From: Schmidtea polychroa
Taxonomy: Eukaryota
Length of the DNA: 64,000 nucleotides
Assembly (NCBI GenBank): GCA_044892525.1
Contig: CM097885.1
Span: 10,418,001 to 10,482,000 of the forward strand
Direction: 5' to 3'
Below the pieces are notes generated by a model. It worked only from the letters and a program-made list of their open reading frames with translations, was not told the origin of the DNA and ran no database searches. Below are positions 1 to 12,908 of the stretch, in pieces; the stretch's first letter is position 1; each line of letters begins with the position of its first letter. Made by a program: the position numbers and the translations under genes.

Positions 1-340
1 TCACTATTTCAGATAATTTAACCTACACTCTAACCTGAAACAAGATGAGATATCAAGAAGCGAAAGAATGGAAGACGCGAGATTTAACTCGAGTAAAGTC
101 GCAGACACTATGAGAGCTATGGATAAGACAAAGAGGGGCACTCATGTTTTCGAGGTGTGGCAGAAGGTACACGTACGTAAAGAGTCGCAGAACAGGCACA
201 AGAATGGTATGCAATACGATGGCCCATATACAATCGTCAGATTTCTATCACCTCATCGAGTCGAACTACATTCACAGGAAGGAACGAAAGAAAGAAGAAT
301 CGAGTAGCTGAAGAAGTGGAAAAAGTCTTATGAAGGGGAG
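1..340 (+). mobile_element. 3' end of a Ty3/Gypsy LTR-retrotransposon pol (integrase C-terminal GPY/F region) with polypurine tract
   Basis: ORF 68-307 contains YDGPYTIVR (GPY/F motif of Gypsy integrases). It is followed by the purine run GAAGGGGAGAG (~332-342), where a PPT is expected. The probable degenerate 3' LTR runs from ~341 to 641 or 680; its end is uncertain. Confidence 0.65.
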
Positions 341-889
341 AGTTAGATATCTTTTTGTTTTAATAATTGGAGTTGGTGGTTTTGTGAAAAATTAAAAACT
401 TGTTATTTAAAAATCCTTTGATTTAATATATATTGTTGGTTTATAGATTTTTGCTGAGAAATTTAAAGATGGATTTAAAGTGGGATTTAACTTTATAAAT
501 GAAATTACTTCTAGGAGTTATTAAATCTTGCCAATAGGAGTTACAATAGTAAAGTTAGATTCAGTCACAAAATCATCATAGATCAGCAGCTATATAATTC
601 TTTAAATAAAAGTGAGATCTTTCGATAAAACAGATCTTACATCAATCATCTATTATATTCATTGTAAATAATATCTTATATAATAATTATAAAATATATT
701 TTTTTGAATTTTTTTGTATATAGCTGTGCTGTTATTTATTAGTAGATATTAAATATTGAAAAGCAATTTGTTTAAATATTCATTTGGAACATCATTTAAA
801 TATTATATTTTATTATTATTATTGCATCACTAGTATTTATTAATTTAATTTTTCTTTATTATTTCACTAGCAATATTTGATATTTTATT

Positions 890-3800
890 ATGGATCGAGT
901 TTTATTTTACAAAAATATGATGAAAGTAGCTCAACGCCTACCCGATCATTACAAAAAGCGTTATGATAATTTTGTTAATAACACCTTACGTTCACCTCAT
1001 ATGGCATACGAAGAGGGTAATTGGAAAAAAATAGAAGAAACTAATAAAATGTATTTTTAAACTTATTTCTTAAATGATTAACTATCGTCAAGATATCCTA
1101 TGTCATATTTTAATATTCCTCCTAAAGTTATTCATCCACCTGAAATGGACAAAGGATTGTTTTCTGGTGAAGGTATTGTTGTAGGTTTAAAAAAAAGAAC
1201 TGATCATCAGCCATACGAGTAAAATTTAACACTTAGATAAGCCCTGGAAAAGTTTATGTTTAGATCTCCACGAACTTGGAGACCAGCAGTTGTCGAAGAA
1301 CTGTTTTATAGTGAAGTATTAGATCGGTGGATGATAATACTTGTAACAATGAAAACATTAAAATTAATTGAACAATGTGGTGGATTCGATGATTATATCA
1401 TCAAGGTACAATTGGAAAGTTTTATTAAAATAGACTAACATTTTGTTAGTTGTCTGATGCTGAAATACACAGCCGATTAGGGCTTCACTTGAAACGAGAA
1501 ATGCTCATGAAACTAGCAAATATAGATAAACTTTATCCAAATGATGAAAAGAAAAGAAATGAACTGTTAGAGAAATTTAAAGATTTTCTCATTCCGGTAA
1601 TAATTTTATAATTTCCAGGAATTTTATTTTATTAAATCATTTTTTAGGTAATTTAATTTAATTTTAATAATTAATTAATGATGAATTTAATTGAAACATG
1701 AGGAGGGGTGTGGGGGGGGGGGGGGGGTACTGCTGGTTCTCTTTATTTTTGATATATTTTAATTTATTCATTTGATATTTTATTTTTAATTACACAATAT
1801 TATTATTTAATTTCTAATTTATTATTAAATTCAGTTAAAAAAGGCGCCAATTTTCATTTCATTATTATTATTAATTAAATCTATTTTTAGTAACATTATA
1901 ATTTTTGTATAAACTATATTAATATAAAATGAGAAATCAATTGGTGGTGATAAAACGCTGCTAAAATGTTGCTGCGGTTGTGGATGGATATAAGAAAATA
2001 CAGAAATTGTAAATAAAGCTAGAATATTCCAATAATTATTGATGCTTGCAATTGGAGGGGCCTCATCGATTAATAGGCAGTAAATGATGAAAATTATAAC
2101 AGTTTTTTGGTTTTCTAATCAACAAGAAATAAAATATTGCCAAAAAACTATTTTAATTATAAGAATAATGTATATACAGAGCCGAGTGCGTTGCGGGGGG
2201 GTGGGAGGGGCTGGGTACGCATTATATAACTCCATGGCAACAATAATGAGAATATCCATCTAGAAATACTCGGACAAACAATTGAATCAGTAAGAATTGT
2301 GATAAAAAGTATAAAGTAAGCATGAAGCGCATAAAATCCGTCCCTAATTTTGATTGGTCAATTTTTGTGTGAGTTTCAATATAATTTATTTCAATGAGAA
2401 AATGTTCCCAAAATTGATAAAACATTTTGGGAAATTGAAAATTCAAAGCTGCGATGAGTAATAGGCTCAAAATTGGAGTTTTATAGCTTTATAATCATTT
2501 AATATATTCACAGGTAACCTTTGGTTACGGCTTTGATCTTTTTTTTTAATTCGATAATTTCCATATTAATATTTGTAAAGGAAATCAATATGTGATAAAG
2601 GCTATGCTGAAATATTCATTACCCTATTGATTGCTTTGATTTATAGTTTTACAAACGCTCATTTAATATCATCCAATCAAATTCATTTCAAATATAATTA
2701 TGTTTTTTATCAAATCTATTGAAATAAAATTGATTTTCGTGTGATATTTATATTAATGGAAACTATTTCTGCAATAATATCGAATCGAATCATTGATGGG
2801 TTCAATGAAGTGTTCATGGTGTCCAATTGGAACCGTTGCTAGGGGTTAATTATCCCAATTTTTGTTTGATTAATTGTTTGTTCGAAACATTGAATAGCGA
2901 TCGATAACACGCAATCACATTGAAATAATAAGGGAGTTACGATTAGCGCTTGACTGTCAGTGGTTAATGGAACTTTTTCGTATCCTTGGATATGTGTAGC
3001 AGCGGGAATTGGCCTATTTGATTGGAATGTTGTAAATATTCCATCTTATCATGTCACAATTAACCGGGATTTCATAATAGGCCAATAAACTCATCTTTAT
3101 TTCTGATTGGTCAATTCTAATTAAATGGTGAAAGTCATTTATATCTATGGGGAAAATATTATTAATAATAAATATTCCAAAATTATTTGATTTTATTAAC
3201 TTTTATCTATCAAATTAATTTGAAGTTTAAAATTTATTCGAAATAACGCATTTTGAACTGTTGCTATGCAACCATTATTGCCATTTTCGTTGGTAAAAAT
3301 TAATTGGATATATCGTAATTCTGGACAATAATGACCTTTTCAGAAAATTTCAGCTGCTTCTCTTATTATCTATTTCAACTTCAAACAATTTTTCCATTTC
3401 TTACTGATATTTATTTTTTACCTTAATTCTGACAAAATGTCAAATTTTGACTTTATAATTACCTTTTTGAAATTTTTTCCCTTTAAAAACTCTTGGCGTG
3501 ACCTTCAATAATTTCCCTTTCTACTTTCTTTTTCTCTTTATTTTCTATTTCTGATTCATTTTTCAAATATCGATTCGAATAATTAATTATTTATCGATTT
3601 TCTGTAAATCCATATTTCGATAATTTTTAACGATAATTTTCCCGTCAGGTCATATTTTACCATCAATTTCATTCCTAACTAAATTTATTCAATAAAATCC
3701 GTGACTGTGACCTTCAGTTATTGAAAAACGATGAATCGATACTTTTTCTTTCTCTCCTGTAAGTATTTAGTCTTTTAATTTATCTTCATTTCTTTTTAAA

Positions 3801-4232
3801 ATATCCATCAATATTTTTTACACTTATTCTTTGTCTTTACCTTTGCAATTGTTCATTGACCGATTTTATTTCAAATGAGATGGGGAAACAAATGATAAGG
3901 GAAATTGAACAAAAGGCAAATGGTGAACAGAAGTAAAGATCGTACTATAAATACATTTAAGTGAACTTAGAAATCGCTTTGTCGTATAGGGAAAAATTTT
4001 ACCTTCAGTTGTTTCGAATTAATTTTGATTGGCAGGAATCGGAGGCCAGTTGGATTGGTTATACATTACCTGAAGCAATATTTAGACAAATAAAAATCGA
4101 AGAAGAATCGAAAGATAAAAAACCCTTAAAAATTCGATTACTCAAGGAATTTGCGGATTCAATAAAAAGTTTGATTTTTTTTATTATTATTAGTGAAATT
4201 TTGATATTTTAGGTTCGGAAAATGTTGTCTAA
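890..4232 (+). CDS. MRPL28: 39S mitochondrial ribosomal protein L28 (6 exons, ~242 aa)
   Basis: Exons 890-1050, 1093-1218, 1264-1405, 1450-1596, 4036-4168, 4213-4232 have GT-AG introns and join in frame (729 nt). Translation includes RLPDHYKK, PPEMDKGLFSGEG, WRP...FYSEVLD...VTMKTLKLIEQCGGFDDYIIK and ESEASWIGYTLPEA, matching metazoan MRPL28 motifs. Confidence 0.9.
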
Positions 4233-5339
4233 TAAATGTATTTTCAGACTTTGTTTTTATTTTTATTATAATGTATTTTAATCTGATTAATTTCCCATTA
4301 TGTTTGATTTCAATTTAATTTTTGCTTTTTCATGATTTATTTTAAAAAAATAATTAACCAATGAAATTAATTAAAAATATTAAAAAAAATTTATTCGTTG
4401 GCGATAATACAATATATTTCCTTATTATGTTTCATTCACTGTCTTTTAGCAATACTGACCAGATGACTATAGAAGCACGTTAATTCTTAATTAAGGAGCA
4501 TACATCCAGCCTTGTTCTCATTTATCTATTTTGTAATTGTGTCTTATATCTTCCAATTTCTCAATTCCTTCGTACATAGTTATAGATTTACTACTAATTG
4601 CCAATCGTAAATGGCGTTGGCATTTCATATTGATGAGCAAGTGCTAGCTATAAGTGATCCCAAATACACGAACGGTTGATATCTTAACGCTCCTCGAGTT
4701 TTTACGTGCATATTATATAAGGTATAGCGTCCAATATCTTTTTGTGGTCGCTACTTATAATAACATTATTACAAGTGTATCTTCCATTTACCTCGATACT
4801 CCTATCAATTCCAAATATTTGAATGAAGACATTACAAATATATAATAAAAATTAAACGATATTAAATGCACCAAGACAATGTTATCACGCTGTTTAACAT
4901 TTGAAAAGGAAAATGATATTACTTAATAAATTTTATAAAATATGTGAAGAATGGTACCGTCTAAAAATGACTAAAATGCACAAATGAAATTCTCAATAAG
5001 CTAATGACGTGAGTGATTTAAATCGCAAATTGGAAAATATAAAGTATCCCAACGCTTTCGTCATTTGAGAGGTATCGGTTAACTGCCCAATCGCTTTTAT
5101 CAGATGAGAACTGTCAGGTAGTACTTCTTCCAAACTTATAATAATCTAGTTCGTAACTCAAAACTGTAAATCTCTCATTTGCAAATTTGTCTTAACTACT
5201 TCATTAAACTAAGACCATCATCAAATGCTTTGACATTTCCAAATTAATTCATACCAAAACTTTGTGAGATATTTCCTGAATATGAAAATAGTGACATCAT
5301 GGAACCATCCAGGTCCTTGTCGAGGTGAGAAGTTAAAAA

Positions 5340-5870
5340 CCTAAATCATTCTATTAAATGCTTGAACACATTTCTTTAGGAGTCAGAATAACTATTTCAT
5401 CCTAACTACTAATTCCTGTAATATAGTTGAATTTTGTGAAAGACTTTGTACTTAAGATCATGAAGAGATTTGATAATGTTGTAGAAATTTTATGGAAATT
5501 GATTCAATCCTGTTTGTGGGTCTGGCAATGACTTTCCATGGCGTAGTGTCAATAGCTGCGTAGTAAACAATCCACCCGCGGCATCTCTTGCCAGATGAAC
5601 TCGTGTGTTTGTTGCCAGAGTTATCTTTTTCATATATCTCCATAGTCATGGTATTTTATGGCAAGCATTGAGTTCATCCGTCATTGTTGAATATGAATAA
5701 CATCCAATATTTGTCTGAAGTCTTCAGTCAAAACAGAAACTTTACCAAAAAGAGAATTGTTTGACCGAATGTCTTGAAGTGTGTGATTCACAGGTTCCAG
5801 TGTAATTTTATGTGGCATGTTATACTCATCTCAGATGATGATGCTCAATGCTTTAGCATCGTGGATATTT
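5340..5870 (-). mobile_element. Decayed Helitron PIF1-helicase fragment
   Basis: The minus-strand translation has stops and frameshifts: III*DEYNMPHKITLEPVNHTLQDIRSNNSLFGK...DFRQIL..., TDELNAC, TLATNTRVHL, TQLLTL. These correspond to the PIF1 motifs IIWDE..M, L.RTLQD.R, GDFRQ.LP and L..NMRV of Helitron helicases. Confidence 0.8.
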
Positions 5871-5878
5871 TTTGTCGG

Positions 5879-6080
5879 ATTCATTACAAGCAATGCCAGC
5901 AAATAAATTTCTAATTGCATTTTTATATATTCTTTTGCATTTATTTTGCATTTATCAAACTTCATTTTTACGGCAACACTTTTCTATTTTTAAAAATGAT
6001 TTCCATTCTATTAATATCTTCACTAATGATTAAATTGGCCTCTGCTAAATTATAATTACTGATCATTTCAAATTTAATTA
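5879..6080 (-). pseudogene. Truncated third copy (promoter, 5'UTR, signal peptide) of the palindrome gene
   Basis: About 200 bp is closely similar to 9990-10185. ATG at 5920 gives MQLEIYLLALLVMN versus MKLELYLLALLVMN, then the sequence switches into Helitron helicase. A second short match lies at ~5221-5252. Confidence 0.85.
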
Positions 6081-6156
6081 ATTTAATCGATATAGCATTC
6101 CAAATCAAAAAATGAAAACATTCTTTTTTTGATAAAGTGATTTATTTAGTGATTTA

Positions 6157-6245
6157 TTTAGGGTTAAGAGGTCATGTTAGGGTTAGTGTTAGGGTTAGGA
6201 TTAGGATTTAGGATTAGGGTTTTGGGGTTAGGACTATGGCAAGGG
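6157..6245 (+). repeat. Degenerate interstitial TTAGGG-like telomeric repeat
   Basis: Run of TTAGGG/TTAGGA/TTAGTG/TTGGGG variants. Confidence 0.7.
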
Positions 6246-6305
6246 TTCGATATATATAATGTTTTTAAAAATGAACCAAGAAGAATTTTGAGACAGGATA
6301 TAGTC

Positions 6306-8119
6306 CAAGGGTAGGCACGCATGGGTTCAATAAGAGCCATTTTCCGAAAATTTATTTTTTACAGAGCCACCATAGTAAAGTACATATTTTTTTTTATTTC
6401 ATTAATTTGATTAAAGAGACTTAAACGCTATTAAAAAAAAACAAAATAATTATTTCAAACATTAAGTAACAAACATAAAAATCCATTAATAAAAAGTAAT
6501 AAAATTTCTTGAATTAACGAAGACTTTTGGTCAAATCTTTGAAATTTGGTGTATACTTTGTTAAAGCTGTTCGCAGCAATTCTGTAAGATGCTGATTGGT
6601 CAACTGTGAACGATATTTCGACTTTACGAACTTCATTGTGGAGTACAAAGATTCACAACAATATGTTGTACCAAAAATTGAAATTAGACGGCAAGCAGCT
6701 TGTTTTAAGTGTGGATATTTTGCCTCTGGTACGAGTTTCCAAAATTCAACTATAGAAGTAGATTTATGGTGCATTTGCAAAGCCTGGTCCTCTTTCATAT
6801 CTAATAACTCCAATTCCCCAACCGCTTTTTTAACAAGTATTACTTCAGAAATTGGAAATCCATCTTCAATAATATCACAAATAAATGGGTTCACAAAAAA
6901 TGCAAATGTAGATTTATAACTTTTCAAATCTTCAAACCTACATTTGAAATCCGCTTGCAATTCTTCCAATTTTTCACTGTATTCGTTTACTTTTTCTTCT
7001 GTAATATCAATTATATTAGCTTTTATTCGTGGAAAATGATTAAATATTTTCGACCTAAGATCGTTCACAAAAAGCCGAAGTTTAGCTTCAAAACTAAATA
7101 ACGTTTGTGACAAATCAATAATTATCTTTTCTTTTCCTTGTAAAGCCAAATTTAATGTTTGCAAATGTTCCATAATGTCTGTAAGGAACATTAAGTCAGA
7201 AAGCCAAGTTTCATCAATTTATGTAGTTTTGAGTTGTCCGGATCCAAAACTTTAATCACTTCTTCCAAGTTTCTCTTAATAAATTCACCTTCTCCATATG
7301 GACGTTTAGCACGAGCTATATTCCAAGCTATCAAAAAACTAGCTTCGTTGGCACTGTCATCTTCACGACTAAAAGTAGATAATAGTCCTTGTTGGGCTTG
7401 AAGCCCTGATTGCAATGACTTAAGTTTTTCTGTCCGCAAGTTTGAATTGAGTGGATATTGAATTGATAAGTGTGGATGACTTACTTCATAGTGTCGACGT
7501 AAATTGGTTACTTTGTAGTTGGAAATTGTACCTTTACAAATAAGACACAACTATTTACCATTATTGTCAATAAAAATTGTTGTACATTCTTCTTGAAAAG
7601 TTCTATTTTCTTGGCTGTATTTTCGTTTTTTGATGTTTTCTGATGTCATTATAATAATAAATTTAAATAACTATATGGCTGAAATTTAAACAAAATAATA
7701 AAAAGACATTAATTTAATTTTAATTAGTTTAAAATTTTAAAATGCTTCATAAAAAAATCTTCTTACCAAATTTTTCAAAAAACACGAATAGAAAACTATA
7801 CTAAAATATACAAACGACCGCAATCTTGTACAAACAAAATAATAACCAATCAAAATTCACTAAATTTATTTTTGATGCTTCTCTCTCGTTGTTATAACAA
7901 AGCGCCGCCTACTACAAAATAATTTTAAAAAGCAGTAAAATGTGAAAAACAATGTTTCGTTAATTTTTGACATTTATGAAAATACAATTGCAACAAAAAA
8001 TTTTTTCTCAAAACATTTAGTGAAAAATTTCAAAATAAAAAATCGAATTCGATTATCAAGAATTCAATTATCAATGAGCCGCAGTTTACTCAACGAAGAG
8101 CCGCATTTGCCCACCGTTG
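6306..8119 (-). mobile_element. Internally deleted hAT DNA transposon (Charlie/SPIN/GTF2IRD2-like)
   Basis: TIRs are CAAGGGTAGGCA / TGCCCACCGTTG, with a perfect 8-bp TSD ATATAGTC (6298-6305, 8120-8127). The transposase remnant runs 7649->6514: KRK...CLIC...NLRRHY N-terminus (one stop), catalytic core deleted near 7210, and hATC C-terminus FWK...YPHLK...FGTTYCCESLYS. Confidence 0.93.
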
Positions 8120-8492
8120 ATATAGTCCATAACCTTCTGCTGGTTGAGTAAGGTATATATACCAATTATCGTACAGTATGGTCAAACGTTGCAGATTTCT
8201 AAAATGAACAACCAAACAGTTATTCTGGTTTACATATATTTGAGAAATAATAATTATTTATTTAAAAGGATATTGTAAAGCATTGCTTTATATGAAACAT
8301 TACAGAAAGATTTGAGTGGAGGTTGACAACTTAATATTGAAATAAACAGAAATTGAAAATAAAAACTTTTCGAAAAATTAAATCAAGAAATGGGAGATTA
8401 GAAACTATGAAGATATGTTTATGTTTCAGGTTAATTTTTAATTTATTTCATCTTATTAGATAATGTTGAGGAAATTAATAGTTTCGTTATCG

Positions 8493-8558
<66 letters not shown>

Positions 8559-9368
8559 AAAACTTCTCGTCTCAAAATAATTTCAATCAAAACATCCCCA
8601 CGTCTAAGCCGTGCCTAATTTAATTTTTAATCTTTTGTTGGCATGACAAGTTAACGTTTCACTTATCAATTTTGAAGTTTTCTGTTCATTTAAATTTTTT
8701 TATGCTGGTATGGGCAACCCAAACACCTCTGATAATATAAACATTCGAAAGACGTTATGATCCAATAAGTACACAAACATAATATGTCCCGGCAAATAAT
8801 CTTTAAAATTTTGTTATTAAGTAAATATTCCTAAGGAAATTTACTTTAGATTATTGTTTATTCCGCAATTAGCCCGCACCTTCATATACCTCAAGGGTTT
8901 TTAAATTTTGTGTAAAACTTAACGAATATGTGTAAAAAAGGTTTGATATAAAATGCGCCCCGAACCTCCCCCACTGCAGTTAATGTACAATTCGGTATTA
9001 CCAGATTCTTATATAAACTCAATTATAATTCCTTTTATTCCTTTATTTGCCTATCAAAAGATGTATTTTGTTTTCTAAATCTCGATTATTTATTGCGTAA
9101 ACAATTATTATATGATTTGACTCGTATCTATATTATCAATTCCCATCTATTTACCCCCCCCTCTATCTCACAATGTGTTAATTTTTACCTTCGCAATTTA
9201 ATTAATTCATTTCCACAGCTCCAACAAAATCAAAAGAAATTCTTAATCAAAAAATATTTTATATTTTCTCACAAAAGAATTAGAAATAAAAAATAAAAAT
9301 CTGGAGTAATTTGCATCTGATTATATTGATAGGAAATAAAAACAAAGATATTTATCCAATGATTGACT

Positions 9369-10031
9369 CTAGTGGGAAATATTCAGTTGAATAAATTTGG
9401 AGGTTAAATAATGCTGATGCATTAAATTGATCAAATCTCTAATAATTATATAATTGCGGATTTCCACAGCCGCCATTTCTCGGTATCGCAGTGACCAAAG
9501 CAAGTCGGCTATAATGTTGTCATTTGGTTTCATTTCCTGCTCCGAAGGATATACGACACCAACTTTGTGAAGTCCTTTCTGAATGTTGCATAGCAAACTG
9601 TCAACCCAAAATAATTTCAGTTCAGTTTCTAAAATCTTTTTCATTGATTTGTTAATCAGTCTAAGAAATATCTTCATTTTAAATGTGTCATCGTATACTG
9701 ATTTTAGATATGCCTTCAATGTTTCATCGGAATCAGATATTATCGTACGATTCCACCGAGGCTCCATGTTGATATTTATTACTTTCTTAGACGATAAATA
9801 CTTGGCTGGTGTAGACATTTTATTTTCATATTCCTTTTTCACACCCTCTAAATATGGAATGATTCTTTCTCTCTCCAATGAAAAGACCAATCTGAGAATC
9901 ATTTCCAAATGATCTGGAATGTAACTCAATTTGTAGCCACAAGGATGATTCCATGAATCTCTGAGCTTCTTCTCCTCACTTCCTATACTATTCATTACAA
10001 GCAATGCTAGCAAATAAAGTTCTAATTTCAT
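9369..10031 (-). CDS. Secreted ~220-aa helical protein, Unpaired/class-I helical cytokine-like (copy A)
   Basis: Intronless ORF. The likely start is ATG 10031 (the ORF track starts upstream at 10121), giving the signal peptide MKLELYLLALLVMNSIGS. Motifs: WNHPCG, LLCNIQ, RNYIIIRDL. The CDS is well supported; the family call is motif-based. Confidence 0.75.
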   Translation of the reverse strand: MKLELYLLALLVMNSIGSEEKKLRDSWNHPCGYKLSYIPDHLEMILRLVFSLERERIIPYLEGVKKEYENKMSTPAKYLSSKKVININMEPRWNRTIISDSDETLKAYLKSVYDDTFKMKIFLRLINKSMKKILETELKLFWVDSLLCNIQKGLHKVGVVYPSEQEMKPNDNIIADLLWSLRYREMAAVEIRNYIIIRDLINLMHQHYLTSKFIQLNISH

Positions 10032-10205
10032 TTTTATATATTCTTTTGCATTTATTTTGCATTTTATACTGCAACACTTTTCTATTTTTAAAAATGATTT
10101 CCATTCTATTAATATCTTCACAAATGATTAAATTGGTCTCTGCTAAATTATATTTACTGATCAAATGCTTTGACATTTCAAATTTAATTCATTATATTTA
10201 TATGA

Positions 10206-10353
<148 letters not shown>

Positions 10354-10936
10354 GTTAATGGAAACATCCAAAAAATATGTCAGATTCAAAGAAGCAATTC
10401 TCATCACAAACAGACGGCCAAAAATCAACACTAAAGAAATCAATGAAATCATCAATTTGAGATGTTGAAATTGAACTTGAGAATAACTGGTAACATATAA
10501 AAAAGATAATAAATTAAAAAGTAATAATTAAAATAATATAGAAAATATTAGGAAATATACTTTCAAAAGATAGGATTTATAAATAAAAATTGACACATTT
10601 ATTGAAATATTTAAACAGCCTATATAAATAGTTATTGGAGGCTTTATTTTAAAATATTTTGAAATATTTTATTAGGCCTCTAGAAGCTAATTATAGAAGC
10701 ATTAAAAATTTTAAAAATTTTAGTTTGTGTCATTTTAAATGATATTTATTTTATTTTAATTTTAAATAAAATTTTTAAAAATAATTCAGAGAAAGACAGT
10801 ATATCATTATATTATATTATATTTATAACCAATGAGAATTAAGGAAAAAGAAATAAAAGAAAGATAGAAATGTATTTTCGAGAAGAAGAATGCTAAATTC
10901 CAGGAGATTATAGTGGGAAATAAATAATAATAATAA

Positions 10937-11043
<107 letters not shown>

Positions 11044-11717
11044 GTATAAAGTGATGATTTCTTGGTAGCAGCATTTATTATTTAAAACAATAAAGTGATA
11101 GTTTAAGCCTTTTGCTGCGAATAATGTATTTAATAAAAAATTAATGAAAATTTCCCACTATAATCTCCTGGAATTTAGCATTCTTCTTCTCGAAAATACA
11201 TTTCTATCTTTCTTTTATTTCTTTTTCCTTAATTCTCATTGGTTATAAATATAATATAATATAATGATATACTGTCTTTCTCTGAATTATTTTTAAAAAT
11301 TTTATTTAAAATTAAAATAAAATAAATATCATTTAAAATGACACAAACTAAAATTTTTAAAATTTTTAATGCTTCTATAATTAGCTTCTAGAGGCCTAAT
11401 AAAATATTTCAAAATATTTTAAAATAAAGCCTCCAATAACTATTTATATAGGCTGTTTAAATATTTCAATAAATGTGTCAATTTTTATTTATAAATCCTA
11501 TCTTTTGAAAGTATATTTCCTAATATTTTCTATATTATTTTAATTATTACTTTTTAATTTATTATCTTTTTTATATGTTACCAGTTATTCTCAAGTTCAA
11601 TTTCAACATCTCAAATTGATGATTTCATTGATTTCTTTAGTGTTGATTTTTGGCCGTCTGTTTGTGATGAGAATTGCTTCTTTGAATCTGACATATTTTT
11701 TGGATGTTTCCATTAAC

Positions 11718-11871
<154 letters not shown>

Positions 11872-12045
11872 TCATATAAATATAATGAATTAAATTTGAA
11901 ATGTCAAAGCATTTGATCAGTAAATATAATTTAGCAGAGACCAATTTAATCATTTGTGAAGATATTAATAGAATGGAAATCATTTTTAAAAATAGAAAAG
12001 TGTTGCAGTATAAAATGCAAAATAAATGCAAAAGAATATATAAAA

Positions 12046-12708
12046 ATGAAATTAGAACTTTATTTGCTAGCATTGCTTGTAATGAATAGTATAGGAAGTG
12101 AGGAGAAGAAGCTCAGAGATTCATGGAATCATCCTTGTGGCTACAAATTGAGTTACATTCCAGATCATTTGGAAATGATTCTCAGATTGGTCTTTTCATT
12201 GGAGAGAGAAAGAATCATTCCATATTTAGAGGGTGTGAAAAAGGAATATGAAAATAAAATGTCTACACCAGCCAAGTATTTATCGTCTAAGAAAGTAATA
12301 AATATCAACATGGAGCCTCGGTGGAATCGTACGATAATATCTGATTCCGATGAAACATTGAAGGCATATCTAAAATCAGTATACGATGACACATTTAAAA
12401 TGAAGATATTTCTTAGACTGATTAACAAATCAATGAAAAAGATTTTAGAAACTGAACTGAAATTATTTTGGGTTGACAGTTTGCTATGCAACATTCAGAA
12501 AGGACTTCACAAAGTTGGTGTCGTATATCCTTCGGAGCAGGAAATGAAACCAAATGACAACATTATAGCCGACTTGCTTTGGTCACTGCGATACCGAGAA
12601 ATGGCGGCTGTGGAAATCCGCAATTATATAATTATTAGAGATTTGATCAATTTAATGCATCAGCATTATTTAACCTCCAAATTTATTCAACTGAATATTT
12701 CCCACTAG
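12046..12708 (+). CDS. Secreted ~220-aa helical protein, Unpaired/class-I helical cytokine-like (copy B, identical to A)
   Basis: Identical protein to copy A. ATG at 12046, with TATAAAA at ~12009-12015. Confidence 0.75.
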   Translation: MKLELYLLALLVMNSIGSEEKKLRDSWNHPCGYKLSYIPDHLEMILRLVFSLERERIIPYLEGVKKEYENKMSTPAKYLSSKKVININMEPRWNRTIISDSDETLKAYLKSVYDDTFKMKIFLRLINKSMKKILETELKLFWVDSLLCNIQKGLHKVGVVYPSEQEMKPNDNIIADLLWSLRYREMAAVEIRNYIIIRDLINLMHQHYLTSKFIQLNISH

Positions 12709-12908
12709 AGTCAATCATTGGATAAATATCTTTGTTTTTATTTCCTATCAATATAATCAGATGCAAATTACTCCAGATTTTTATTTTTTATTTCTAATTC
12801 TTTTGTGAGAAAATATAAAAAAAATTTTATTAAGAATTTTCTTTTTATTTCGTAGTCCGAAAATGACATGGGGCTTGGAAGATTAGATTTTCGAGGGTAG
12901 GAATAAGG

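Noticed and set aside
2222..2470. 82-aa ORF as a stand-alone gene
   Set aside because: It has a non-ATG start; a different frame fits the splice signals better (see the nested-gene finding).
6596..6919. Antisense shadow ORFs (also 9583-9912, 12165-12494, 31267-31725, 40352-40552, 63668-63883)
   Set aside because: They lie opposite real coding or transposase frames and have no independent motifs.
11956..12045. N-terminal 30 aa of the 250-aa ORF as called by the track
   Set aside because: It starts at a non-ATG codon, overlaps the TATA box, and is disrupted by an indel in the third copy. ATG 12046/10031 gives a proper signal peptide.
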